Shown here: one piece after another, positions 1 through 11,551 of the stretch
Position numbering within the stretch: the first letter of the stretch is position 1
Layout of the letters: every line of letters begins with the position of its first letter
Assembly (NCBI GenBank): GCA_049860595.1
Contig: CP187551.1
Origin: Methanocaldococcus sp. 16A
GTDB taxonomy: Archaea > AGJL01 > Methanococci > Methanococcales > Methanocaldococcaceae
Reading direction: 5' to 3' (one strand)
Length of the DNA stretch: 64,000 bases
The notes under the pieces: model-generated
Databases searched by the model: none
What the model saw: only the letters and a program-made list of their open reading frames with translations
What the model was told of the DNA's origin: nothing
Program-made: the position numbers and the translations under genes

Positions 1-37
1 ATAGCTACAATAACATATAATACTACCATATCCATAT

Positions 38-820
38 TTATCTCCTCCCAAACAACCCTTTAATAAATTTAGAGATGAATGACTCTTTCTTTTTCTTAAA
101 TTGTGCTTCATACTTAACACCAATTAACTTAGCAGCAATTTCCATGATTGCTTGAGCGGCTGGGGAGTCTGGATACATGATAACAAGAGGAGTACCAAAT
201 GCAGCTGCTTTTCTAACATGAGGGTCTTCTGGAACAACACCTATAACAGGAACTTCTAAAATAGTTTCTATAGCTTTAACTCCCAATTCTGTACTTTCAT
301 TTGAAACCCTATTAACAATAGCTCCAATAATATCAGTTCCTAATCTTTTTGTTATAGCTATAACTTTTAGTGCATCAGATATTGAAGAAATTTCTGGATT
401 TACAACGACAATTAAACCATCTGCTGATGATATTGCTATCAATGTCTCTTTTCCAATACCTGCTGGGCAGTCAATAATTAAAATCTCAACTAAATCATAT
501 ATTGCTTTTAAAACTTCTTCAAGTTTTTCGGGATTTGCCCTTCTAAATTTTTCCAATGAAACTCCAGCTGGAATAACTAAAACTCCTTCTGGCCCTTCAT
601 AAATTGCATCTTTTATATCTGCTTTGCCAGCTAACACATCATTCAAAGTTATTGGCTTTCCTTCTAACCCCATAATAAGTTCTAAGTTTGCCATTGCTAT
701 ATCCGCATCTAAAACAGCCACTTTTTTTCCAAATTTTGCCATTGCTACGGCAAGATTTGCGGCAATTGTTGTTTTTCCAGTCCCTCCTTTTCCAGAAGCT
801 ATTGCAATAGCTATTGCCAT
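38..820 (-). CDS. minD: MinD/ParA-family ATPase (archaeal MinD)
   Basis: Deviant Walker A SGKGGTGKTT, DADIAMANL and IIDCPAG motifs, C-terminal amphipathic FISKFIKGLF. ATG at 820 is preceded by a GGTGA SD. Confidence 0.9.
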   Translation of the reverse strand: MAIAIAIASGKGGTGKTTIAANLAVAMAKFGKKVAVLDADIAMANLELIMGLEGKPITLNDVLAGKADIKDAIYEGPEGVLVIPAGVSLEKFRRANPEKLEEVLKAIYDLVEILIIDCPAGIGKETLIAISSADGLIVVVNPEISSISDALKVIAITKRLGTDIIGAIVNRVSNESTELGVKAIETILEVPVIGVVPEDPHVRKAAAFGTPLVIMYPDSPAAQAIMEIAAKLIGVKYEAQFKKKKESFISKFIKGLFGRR

Positions 821-898
821 TAATGTCACCTTCAAAATATTTCCTTAAACGGATGATATAAATGGCAGGTAATATATAAAGATTTAGTTTTTATTTCG

Positions 899-1780
899 TT
901 ATTTATGGCAAATTATATATTTAGTTGTTACTCTCTCGTTTGTCCCTTTTATTTTCATATCTCCATTTTCAATAACCACTATATCTCCATCTTTAAAGTT
1001 GCCTTCTATCTCTACAACCTTAAATATCTTTGGATTTGGGTCAATTTTATCAATAGCTATATATTCGTCATATAGGTGAAGTTTTCCATTTTTAATAACT
1101 CCAATTTCTCCATTTTTTACAATTTTATTAACTATAGCCATAACTTTTCCAAAATTAATAAGCTGTTTTCTCAGTTCTTCCCTATATTTAAATAAACTCT
1201 CAATATCTTTTTTAACTACATCCTCAAAATTTTTCTCATATTTACTTACTCTAAGGATATCATATTCCTTACTTATAGTTGGATTCCATTTTAATTTTTC
1301 AAAAATATTTCTTATTGTATCTTCTATTTGTTCTAGTGGCATCATTGGGAATAATTTTGCAGTATTTTTTAATTCTTCTTCAGCTTTCTTTTTTAAAAAT
1401 CTATTTCCAAGAACTATAATTCCAAAACCTTCCTTTATTGTTTGATTAGTAACAGTGTCGTTTAGAATATCCACAATAGCACATTTTCCTTTTGTTGCAT
1501 AAACTCTCCTTCTCTTTGCATCAATACCTATGCTTCTAACTTCTCCAACTACTACCGAATCAGATATTTTTCTAACCTTTTCTCTATTATCCTCAATTAT
1601 AATCTTAATGTCTAGTTCTTTAGCTAATTTATAAAGCTCCTCTTCTGATTTAATTTCTCCATTATATAATTTTTCTTCTAAAATTTTTCTATTTTCTTCA
1701 TTACCTCTAAAAAATATCTGCCTTTTATCTCCCCCTATTACTGCCCCATTTTTACCATAATAGCAGATAATTAAGCTCAT
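899..1780 (-). CDS. Connectase / DUF2121 proteasome-beta-like protein ligase (MJ0548 family)
   Basis: N-terminal (M)[19 protein letters not shown] Ntn-hydrolase start with Ser1 nucleophile; position between minD and nikR as recalled for M. jannaschii. Confidence 0.8.
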   Translation of the reverse strand: MSLIICYYGKNGAVIGGDKRQIFFRGNEENRKILEEKLYNGEIKSEEELYKLAKELDIKIIIEDNREKVRKISDSVVVGEVRSIGIDAKRRRVYATKGKCAIVDILNDTVTNQTIKEGFGIIVLGNRFLKKKAEEELKNTAKLFPMMPLEQIEDTIRNIFEKLKWNPTISKEYDILRVSKYEKNFEDVVKKDIESLFKYREELRKQLINFGKVMAIVNKIVKNGEIGVIKNGKLHLYDEYIAIDKIDPNPKIFKVVEIEGNFKDGDIVVIENGDMKIKGTNERVTTKYIICHK

Positions 1781-1891
1781 TTTATTTCACCTATTTAACC
1801 AAATTATAATTAGTATTATTGATATAGTTAATCTTATATATTAGTTATTAAATAGTAATATTTATAAGCTCAAAAATAAACGGGGGAGACC

Positions 1892-2317
1892 ATGACAGAG
1901 ATGGATAGGATTAGCATTTCCTTACCTTCAAAACTCTTAAGAGAGTTTGATGAAATAATTGCTGAAAGGGGATATGCAAGTAGAAGTGAAGCAATAAGAG
2001 ATGCTATTAGGGATTATATAATAAAACACAGGTGGATACACAGCTTAGAAGGAGAAAGAGCAGGGAGTATAAGCGTAATCTACAACCACCACGCATCAGA
2101 CGTTATGGAAAAGATTACTGAGATTCAGCATAATTATACAGATATTATTGTTGCTACTTTGCATTTACACTTAGACCACGACCACTGCTTAGAAACTATA
2201 TTAGTTAAGGGGGATGCTAAGAAAATTAGAGAATTAACAGATAAATTAACAGCTTTAAAAGGCGTTAAACAAGTGAGATTAAGTGTTATGGTCCCAGGAG
2301 GGCATATTCCAGAATAA
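1892..2317 (+). CDS. nikR: Nickel-responsive transcriptional regulator NikR
   Basis: RHH N-terminus (RISISLP...SRSEAIRDAIR) and the His-rich HLHLDHDHCLE nickel site. Confidence 0.95.
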   Translation: MTEMDRISISLPSKLLREFDEIIAERGYASRSEAIRDAIRDYIIKHRWIHSLEGERAGSISVIYNHHASDVMEKITEIQHNYTDIIVATLHLHLDHDHCLETILVKGDAKKIRELTDKLTALKGVKQVRLSVMVPGGHIPE

Positions 2318-2362
2318 TCTTCTTATTTTATTTTACCATTTATTGTGATAAGAAACTCTGAT

Positions 2363-3463
2363 TTATAGCTGAGATAACAATTTTCTTTCATCTCCTAAAG
2401 GGACTATATTTTTACTTTCTACTTCAATATATGCCTCCCACAACTTTTTACATTCGCATTCAATATTTAACACATTTAAATCTTGTGTTAAAGTGAATTT
2501 TTCTAACTTTTCTTTAATTAACTTGTTGCACTTGCATCCATATAGATTGTGAGCTCCTCTTTCACTTCCTACTCCTGATGTATCACACATAATTAATGTA
2601 TTTGGATTATTTTCTTTAACCTTTTTTAATATTTCAATTACACTCCATAAGAATGGTGGTCTATATTGATTTTTATTAAAAAATAGTTCCATTACACTAC
2701 CTTTATGGATTGTTGCTGGACAGAATGAAATTCTTGAACATCCTAACTCTATACATTTGTTTGCTGAATATATGGCATCTTCAATTGCTTCCTTTTCAGT
2801 TATAAATAAAGGTTTTATTAATAGATAAGCTTTTATCCCAATGTTGTAGTTTTTAGCTAACTCTATAGCTCTAATTATTTGCTCATTTGTTATTCCTTTG
2901 TTAATGGCTTTTTCTCTAATTTCTTCATTAAAACTTTCTATCCCTACTCCAATTTCAACATTAACATCCAAATAGTTTCTAATTTCATTTAATTTATCTT
3001 CATTAATAAATTCAGGTCTTGATTCAATAGCCACTTCTTTTAAATTGCAAAATTCACTAAGTTTTTTGAAAATGTAATCTCTTGCCTCTTTAGGAACCTC
3101 TCTATCATCTAAAAAACTTCCTGAGGTGAAGATTTTAACACTAAAATCTTTTAAATCTTCTAACTTTTCTCTATACTTCTCAATAGCATAATTAAACTGA
3201 TTTATTATGTTTTCAGCAGTTATTTTCTCAGGAGAGGAATCCATTAAATAGGAACACATTAAACAGCCTCCTTCCTTTGCATAGTAACATCCATCTGTCC
3301 TTAAAATTATTGTTAGTGATTTTCCAATATTGAAATCCCTATATATATCATCTTGAATCCAAACAGCTATTGGTTTGTTTTTATCTTTTGGTTTTCTTCT
3401 CTTAAGATGTCTCTCTCTCAATTTCTTTAAAAACTCTTTATAATTATAATTAATTTGGTTCAT
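2363..3463 (-). CDS. Radical SAM protein, archaeosine synthesis RaSEA family (TIGR01210-like)
   Basis: Extended GCYYAKEGGCLMC cluster motif, KIFTSGSFLD, IESRPEF and YRPPFLWS family motifs. Confidence 0.8.
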   Translation of the reverse strand: MNQINYNYKEFLKKLRERHLKRRKPKDKNKPIAVWIQDDIYRDFNIGKSLTIILRTDGCYYAKEGGCLMCSYLMDSSPEKITAENIINQFNYAIEKYREKLEDLKDFSVKIFTSGSFLDDREVPKEARDYIFKKLSEFCNLKEVAIESRPEFINEDKLNEIRNYLDVNVEIGVGIESFNEEIREKAINKGITNEQIIRAIELAKNYNIGIKAYLLIKPLFITEKEAIEDAIYSANKCIELGCSRISFCPATIHKGSVMELFFNKNQYRPPFLWSVIEILKKVKENNPNTLIMCDTSGVGSERGAHNLYGCKCNKLIKEKLEKFTLTQDLNVLNIECECKKLWEAYIEVESKNIVPLGDERKLLSQL

Positions 3464-4275
3464 TCTATCAACTCATCTATATTCTTTTTTAATTTCTCAA
3501 TCCCATAATTTTCAACAAAATCAGCCATTCTACCTTTCCCAAACTTTGCATATAAACTTATCAATTCATCAATAACCAATAAAACATCATCTTCAGTTTT
3601 TAAATCTATTAGATGTTTTCCTTCTTTATATATTCTCCCACCCTTTCCTCCAACAAAAATACTAATAACCCTCTCAGCTTTAAAAGATTCACATAAACCG
3701 CAGCATTTTCCCTCTCCAGTACATGTATCTCTTATTATTTTATTTTCCCAATCTATAGCATTTAAATCACAAAAATCTTTACATTTTCCACAATTTGTAC
3801 AAATATCCTTATCAATGGTTATTTTATATCTATAACATATTCCTATATCGCAAAATCTATGAAATGTGCATGAATTTGGACAACCACTAACATTTATTTT
3901 CACTTTTCTTGGAACCCAAACGCCTTCAAACTCTTCGTGAATCATTCTCGCTAAAGAAACTGAATCACCAATTGCATTATAACACTCTAAGCCAATACAA
4001 GATACTACTTGCCTTACTCTGGTTCCAGTTGAACCTAAGCTTAAATTAACGCAATTCAAGATTTTTTCAACATCTTCTAAATATTCTGGGGATATTTTAA
4101 ATTCAATGCCTTGTCTTGTTGTTATATGGGCTTTGTTATCTCCAAAATGTTCAATGATATAAGCTATTGCCTTTAACTGCTCAGCATTTATGTATCCTGG
4201 TTTTAAAGAAACTCTTAATGAATATCCATCTTTTTTCATTATAACTCCATATTTTAGGTTTATATTGCAGTGCAT
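3460..4275 (-). CDS. Siroheme/4Fe-4S sulfite/nitrite reductase-like protein with ferredoxin insert
   Basis: HITTRQG, CIGLEC...SGCPNSC siroheme-cluster cysteines, CTNCGKC ferredoxin motif. Confidence 0.8.
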   Translation of the reverse strand: MHCNINLKYGVIMKKDGYSLRVSLKPGYINAEQLKAIAYIIEHFGDNKAHITTRQGIEFKISPEYLEDVEKILNCVNLSLGSTGTRVRQVVSCIGLECYNAIGDSVSLARMIHEEFEGVWVPRKVKINVSGCPNSCTFHRFCDIGICYRYKITIDKDICTNCGKCKDFCDLNAIDWENKIIRDTCTGEGKCCGLCESFKAERVISIFVGGKGGRIYKEGKHLIDLKTEDDVLLVIDELISLYAKFGKGRMADFVENYGIEKLKKNIDELIE

Positions 4276-4290
4276 CCTTTTCACCAAAAA

Positions 4291-5040
4291 TTATAAAATT
4301 AAATTTTTAATGTAATTAACTAACTCATCTACATCATCAAAATAAATTGGATAATTAAATTTAGGTCTTTCAACAACAATAACCTTAGCTCCAGCTTCTA
4401 AAGCTCCATAAACCTTTTCTTCAAATCCTCCACTTTCTCCACTATCCTTAGTTATTATGGCATCACATCCATAATCTTTTATCAAATATTTGTTAAGCTC
4501 CTTAGAAAAAGTTCCATACATAGCTACAATATTTTTTTGTGGTAAAATTTTTAAAGCCTCATTTACTGATATGGGCAAAATTCTTGCTACAACCTTATCT
4601 TCTCCAACGATATCAACAACTGTCTTTAAATTCTTAATCCCTGCCATGTGAAATACTTTGTTTGCTTTTTTAGCCAATCTTGCAGCTTCGACAAAATCTT
4701 TAACATATATAACATTTGGATGCTCTATTTTTTCTTTTTTTCTCTCAAATCTTATATATTTTATGTTAAGCTCTTTACAAACATCAATGGCATTTTTGCT
4801 TGCGTTTATTGCAAATGGATGAGTAGCATCAACCAAAATATCTATATTATATTTTTTTACAACATCTTTTAACTCATTTTTATCTAAAGGCTTCGTTATA
4901 ACATCATCAGCAAACTCTTCTCCTAACTTTCCGCCATAATTAGTTGTAGAAGTGTATAAAATAAAGATATCTCCTAAATTTTTCAACCTTTTACCAATTT
5001 CAACACTATCCTTAGTCCCTCCCATTAATAGCAATTTCAT
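4291..5040 (-). CDS. cbiJ: Cobalt-precorrin-6A reductase
   Basis: GGTKDS, VDATHPFA, RFER and ITKDSGESGG motifs. Confidence 0.92.
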   Translation of the reverse strand: MKLLLMGGTKDSVEIGKRLKNLGDIFILYTSTTNYGGKLGEEFADDVITKPLDKNELKDVVKKYNIDILVDATHPFAINASKNAIDVCKELNIKYIRFERKKEKIEHPNVIYVKDFVEAARLAKKANKVFHMAGIKNLKTVVDIVGEDKVVARILPISVNEALKILPQKNIVAMYGTFSKELNKYLIKDYGCDAIITKDSGESGGFEEKVYGALEAGAKVIVVERPKFNYPIYFDDVDELVNYIKNLIL

Positions 5041-5073
5041 AACTTCACCATAAACATTTTATTTCTCATCTAA

Positions 5074-6713
<1,640 letters not shown>

Positions 6714-6876
6714 ATTCTCTACCTTATTCTATAGAAATAATTATATTTAAGAATTTTGATTTATTAAGTTATTAAAAGAAAAAGTACCTACAATTAAAAA
6801 TTTTGATGTTATGATTTAAATAATTTATCCACATTAATTAACTTTATATTTTTGTTATTAATATTTATACACATAT

Positions 6877-7503
<627 letters not shown>

Positions 7504-8298
7504 TCACGTCTTGTTTTCTTTAGTTGCATCTAATACAGTATAGCTAATTTTTGCATTATCAAGCTTTTTAATAACTTTCTCTGCCATTTTTCCAGTTATT
7601 AAAGCTATTACATTACAACCCCTATTGCATGCATTTACAATAGCTTCGGGAACAGCAAATCTTATGTCTGGTTTATACCCTAATTTGTTTGCAACAACGT
7701 AAGCAACAGTACCCATTGTTGCTACAACATAGTTATCTAAATCACCAATGTTCTTTTTTATTAAATCAAAATCTACAACCCTCGAACCACCAACGACTTC
7801 TGGTGGGATTCTAAAAACAATAACCTTCCCTTTAGGAACATCAATAATTCCTTTAATCTCACATACTGCTATATCTTCTTCTTTCTTTCCACCATATAAT
7901 GCCTTTGCCTTTGCTTCTCCTTTAGGTTCTTTTGATGCATATAATAAACCATTTTTCATAAACAAATATACTGTTTCTCCATCTTCAATATCCTCATTAG
8001 CTATAGCCGGCCATATATCTTTATATCTATATACTGCCGAATTTATTTCATCTAAATACTCTCTAAACTCTGATATCCAATTTTTTAATTTTCTTAAACC
8101 TTTTTCAGTTACTACATACTCTCCCCTACCTCTTGATTTAACATAACCATCTTTAACTAAATTTCTTATATGCTCTGAAACTGCTTGAACAGTAATTCCC
8201 AAATTTTCGGCTATTTCTTTCTGCTTTATGTGAGGTTGTTTTCTTATAATTTCGGATAGGACTTGAAATTCAGTTATATTTCTTTTCTTCATTATCAT
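7504..8298 (-). CDS. Winged-HTH transcriptional regulator (MJ0558-like)
   Basis: QKEIAENLGITVQAVSEHIRNL helix-turn-helix followed by a wing. Confidence 0.8.
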   Translation of the reverse strand: MIMKKRNITEFQVLSEIIRKQPHIKQKEIAENLGITVQAVSEHIRNLVKDGYVKSRGRGEYVVTEKGLRKLKNWISEFREYLDEINSAVYRYKDIWPAIANEDIEDGETVYLFMKNGLLYASKEPKGEAKAKALYGGKKEEDIAVCEIKGIIDVPKGKVIVFRIPPEVVGGSRVVDFDLIKKNIGDLDNYVVATMGTVAYVVANKLGYKPDIRFAVPEAIVNACNRGCNVIALITGKMAEKVIKKLDNAKISYTVLDATKENKT

Positions 8299-8384
8299 CC
8301 CTCAAAAACCTTTTAATTACTTAACAATAAATATTATCTTTAAAGGTATTTAAATGTTAAAGATAACTTTAATAGGTGAGAATT

Positions 8385-9191
8385 ATGGAAATATTGATAG
8401 TTAATGATGATGGCATTTACTCCCCTTCATTAATAGCATTATACAACGCTTTAAAAGAGAGATTTAGTGATGCAAACATAACTATAGTAGCTCCAACAAA
8501 TCAGCAGAGTGGAATTGGAAGAGCAATAAGTTTATTTGAACCGCTGAGGATGACAAAGGTTAAGTTAGCAAAGGATATTATTGGTTATGCAGTTTCTGGA
8601 ACACCAACTGATTGTGTAATCTTAGGAATCTATCAAATATTAAAAAAAGTTCCAGATTTAGTAATTTCTGGGATAAATATTGGGGAAAATCTTGGAACTG
8701 AAATAATGACTTCTGGAACTTTGGGAGCTGCGTTTGAAGCAGCACATCATGGAGCTAAATCTATAGCCTCTTCCTTACAAATAACTTCAGACCACTTAAA
8801 ATTTAGAGAGTTGGAAATTCCAATAAACTTTGAAATTCCTGCAAAAATAACCGCAAAAATTGCTGAGAAATATTTAGATTATGATATGCCATGTGATGTT
8901 TTAAATATAAACATCCCAGAAAATGCAACCTTAGAAACCCCTATAGAAATAACAAGATTAGCAAAAAAGATGTACACAACCCACGTTGAGGAAAGAGTGG
9001 ACCCAAGAGGGAGAAGTTACTATTGGATTGACGGCTATCCAATATTTGAGGAGGAGGAAGATACGGATGTTTATGTTTTAAGGAAGAAAGGGCATATTTC
9101 AATAACTCCTCTAACTTTAGATACAACTATTAAGAATTTAGATGAGTTTAAGAACAAATATGGAAAAATTCTTTGTGAAAATATAAAATAA
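8385..9191 (+). CDS. surE: 5'/3'-nucleotidase SurE
   Basis: NDDG, GTPTDC, SGINIGEN and SGTLGAA motifs. Confidence 0.95.
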   Translation: MEILIVNDDGIYSPSLIALYNALKERFSDANITIVAPTNQQSGIGRAISLFEPLRMTKVKLAKDIIGYAVSGTPTDCVILGIYQILKKVPDLVISGINIGENLGTEIMTSGTLGAAFEAAHHGAKSIASSLQITSDHLKFRELEIPINFEIPAKITAKIAEKYLDYDMPCDVLNINIPENATLETPIEITRLAKKMYTTHVEERVDPRGRSYYWIDGYPIFEEEEDTDVYVLRKKGHISITPLTLDTTIKNLDEFKNKYGKILCENIK

Positions 9192-9302
9192 AGAAATAAT
9201 ATAACTTCAATTTATACATTTTTATTATTCAATGTTAATTAACTTTAAATATTACAATTACAAAAAAATATAAGGTTTTGAACAGTGAAAAAGGTGATTT
9301 TA

Positions 9303-10325
9303 TTGACCTGCACCATTATTGTAGGAGGACAATGGGGAGATGAAGGAAAAGGAAAGATAATAAGCTATATTTGTGATAAAGACAAGCCATCAATTATTGC
9401 AAGAGGAGGAGTAGGGCCAAATGCAGGACATACTGTAAATATTAGTGGAAAGAGTTATGGAATTAGAATGATACCTACTGGCTTTCCATACAAAGAGGCA
9501 AAGTTAGCTATAGGAGCTGGTGTTTTAGTAGACCCAGAAGTTTTGTTAAGAGAGGTTGAGATGCTTAAAGATTTTAATGTTAGAGAAAGATTAATCGTAG
9601 ATTATAGATGTGGAATTATTGAAGAAAAACACAAAATTATGGATAGAAAGGATGAACACTTAGCTAAAGAGATTGGAACTACTGGAAGTGGCTGTGGTCC
9701 TGCAAATGTTGATAGAGTGTTAAGGATTTTGAAACAGGCGAAAGATATTGAAGAGTTAAGAGAATTTTTAGGAGATGTTTCTGAAGAAGTTAATAATGCT
9801 TTGGATAGGGATGAAAATGTTTTAATTGAAGGAACACAAGGGACTTTGCTTTCATTATACTACGGAACTTATCCTTATGTAACTTCTAAAGATACAACCG
9901 CATCATCATTTGCCGCTGATGTTGGAATAGGCCCTACAAAAGTAGATGAAGTTATTGTTGTATTCAAAAGCTTTCCTACAAGAGTAGGAGCCGGGCCATT
10001 CCCAACTGAAATGTCATTAGAAGAGGCTGAAGATTTAGGAATTGTTGAGTATGGAACAGTTACTGGAAGAAGGAGAAGAGTAGGGTATTTTGACTTTGAA
10101 TTAGCAAGAAAAGCTTGCAGATTGAATGGAGCTACACAAATAGCCTTAACTGGATTAGATAAATATGATAAAGAGTGTTATGGAGTAACAGAATATAATA
10201 AGCTTAGTGAAAAAGCTAAAGAATTTATAAACAAGATTGAAGAAGCTACTGGAGTTCCAGTGACTATAATCTCTACAGGTCCAGAAATGCATCAAACAAT
10301 TGATTTAAGAAGTGAGAAATTATAA
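9303..10325 (+). CDS. purA: Adenylosuccinate synthetase (short archaeal type)
   Basis: [16 protein letters not shown] and GTVTGRRRR motifs. Probable TTG start at 9303 after an AGGTGA SD. Confidence 0.95.
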   Translation: MTCTIIVGGQWGDEGKGKIISYICDKDKPSIIARGGVGPNAGHTVNISGKSYGIRMIPTGFPYKEAKLAIGAGVLVDPEVLLREVEMLKDFNVRERLIVDYRCGIIEEKHKIMDRKDEHLAKEIGTTGSGCGPANVDRVLRILKQAKDIEELREFLGDVSEEVNNALDRDENVLIEGTQGTLLSLYYGTYPYVTSKDTTASSFAADVGIGPTKVDEVIVVFKSFPTRVGAGPFPTEMSLEEAEDLGIVEYGTVTGRRRRVGYFDFELARKACRLNGATQIALTGLDKYDKECYGVTEYNKLSEKAKEFINKIEEATGVPVTIISTGPEMHQTIDLRSEKL

Positions 10326-10347
10326 AAATTCTATTAACTAAAAATCA

Positions 10348-10416
10348 TTATTTATTTTTTAGACTTTCTTTGACCTCTTTTGCTATAGCCCTACTCAATA
10401 TCGGAGGAACACTCTC
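10348..10416 (-). pseudogene. Stranded second copy of the methyltransferase 3' end (ESVPPILSRAIAKEVKESLKNK*)
   Basis: Reverse-strand translation parallels the gene C-terminus ESVPPILSRVIAKEIKKKL* at 10486-10545, with synonymous changes at E, V, R and L. Confidence 0.85.
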
Positions 10417-10420
10417 TACC

Positions 10421-10484
10421 GAACCTTTTATTAAAAGCTTCACCAAAATATAACACCTCCTCGCTTCGCTCGGAGGTGTAAATT
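10421..10484. repeat. Two-hairpin palindromic module, copy A
   Basis: GAACCTTTT-att-AAAAGCTTC-accaaaa followed by ACACCTCC-tcgcttcgctc-GGAGGTGT-aaatt; same layout as 33403-33465. Confidence 0.85.
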
Positions 10485-10485
10485 C

Positions 10486-11427
10486 TTATAATTTCTTTTT
10501 AATCTCTTTTGCTATTACTCTACTCAATATCGGAGGGACACTTTCTCCAATTTGATTATATTGAGCATCTCTTCCTCCAAAGAATACAAAATCATCAGGA
10601 TAGCTCATTAGTCTTGCCTGTTCTCTTACAGTTAATAATCTATCTTCATAAGGATGAACAAATCTACTTCTTCCTTTAACAGTTGGAGCTAACTTATGAG
10701 GATGGAGACGATACCAATTAAACATTAGTTTCTTCTTCCCTCTATATCTATATAACGCCTCTTCCCATTTTAATTTTGATATCATTTCTATTTTTTCCTT
10801 AGAAAGTTTTTTAATCTCATGGTTTTTAGCATCTTTTGGAATATCTTTTAATGCCTCCTCCACAACAACAATTTTATAGTCTTTCTTTGGTTTTAATTTT
10901 ATATTTGAAATAAACATCCTTGCTCTTTTTGAAGGATTTCCGTAATCTTCAGCTTTCAATATATTAAAATAAACCTTATGCCCTATGTCCCCAAACAACT
11001 TTTTTAGTTCATCTTTAATTTCTTTAATTTGTGGAACATTTTCCATAACAAATATTAAATCCTCATTTTTTTGTGTAAAGTAATCAACATAATTAATATA
11101 GTATAAAACTAACCTGCCGATTTTGTCTTTATACAATCTATCTAATGGATTGTCTTTAATTAGTTTATTTGCCTTTGTAAATGGCTCACATGGAGGAGAG
11201 CCGATAATTACATCAACTTTCTCATTTTTTATAAATTCATCAAATGCTTTTGGAGGAATTCTTTTTATATCATCCATCCACACTGGAGCTTTGATATTGT
11301 ATAAATAAGTTTTTACAACAGGTTTAAAGTTTTCAATAGCTCCCAAAATTTTAAAGTTTTCATCTAAAAAACCTTTTGAAAATCCTCCACATCCACAAAA
11401 TAAATCAATGACATTTATAGTTTCCAT
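10486..11427 (-). CDS. Orphan C5-cytosine DNA methyltransferase
   Basis: Motif I DLFCGCGG, motif IV SPPC, motif VI ENV, motifs IX/X RLLTVRE...QIGESVPP. No adjacent restriction enzyme. Confidence 0.9.
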   Translation of the reverse strand: METINVIDLFCGCGGFSKGFLDENFKILGAIENFKPVVKTYLYNIKAPVWMDDIKRIPPKAFDEFIKNEKVDVIIGSPPCEPFTKANKLIKDNPLDRLYKDKIGRLVLYYINYVDYFTQKNEDLIFVMENVPQIKEIKDELKKLFGDIGHKVYFNILKAEDYGNPSKRARMFISNIKLKPKKDYKIVVVEEALKDIPKDAKNHEIKKLSKEKIEMISKLKWEEALYRYRGKKKLMFNWYRLHPHKLAPTVKGRSRFVHPYEDRLLTVREQARLMSYPDDFVFFGGRDAQYNQIGESVPPILSRVIAKEIKKKL

Positions 11428-11551
11428 AATTTCACCACTAAATAAATTATTAAAAATCTTAATTAAAAAATTATTAAAAAATTATATCAAAAAATTAAAT
11501 TAAAAACTAAATCTCTAAATCTTAAAATAATAAAAATAGATTTTTTATTTT

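Noticed and set aside
10421-10484. Two-hairpin module as a SECIS element, hammerhead ribozyme or TnpB omega-RNA with a self-targeting guide
   Set aside because: Neither upstream gene has an in-frame TGA, the hammerhead core is not present, and the module is too short with no tnpB nearby. The silent-site divergence of the duplicates fits allele replacement better than a guide.
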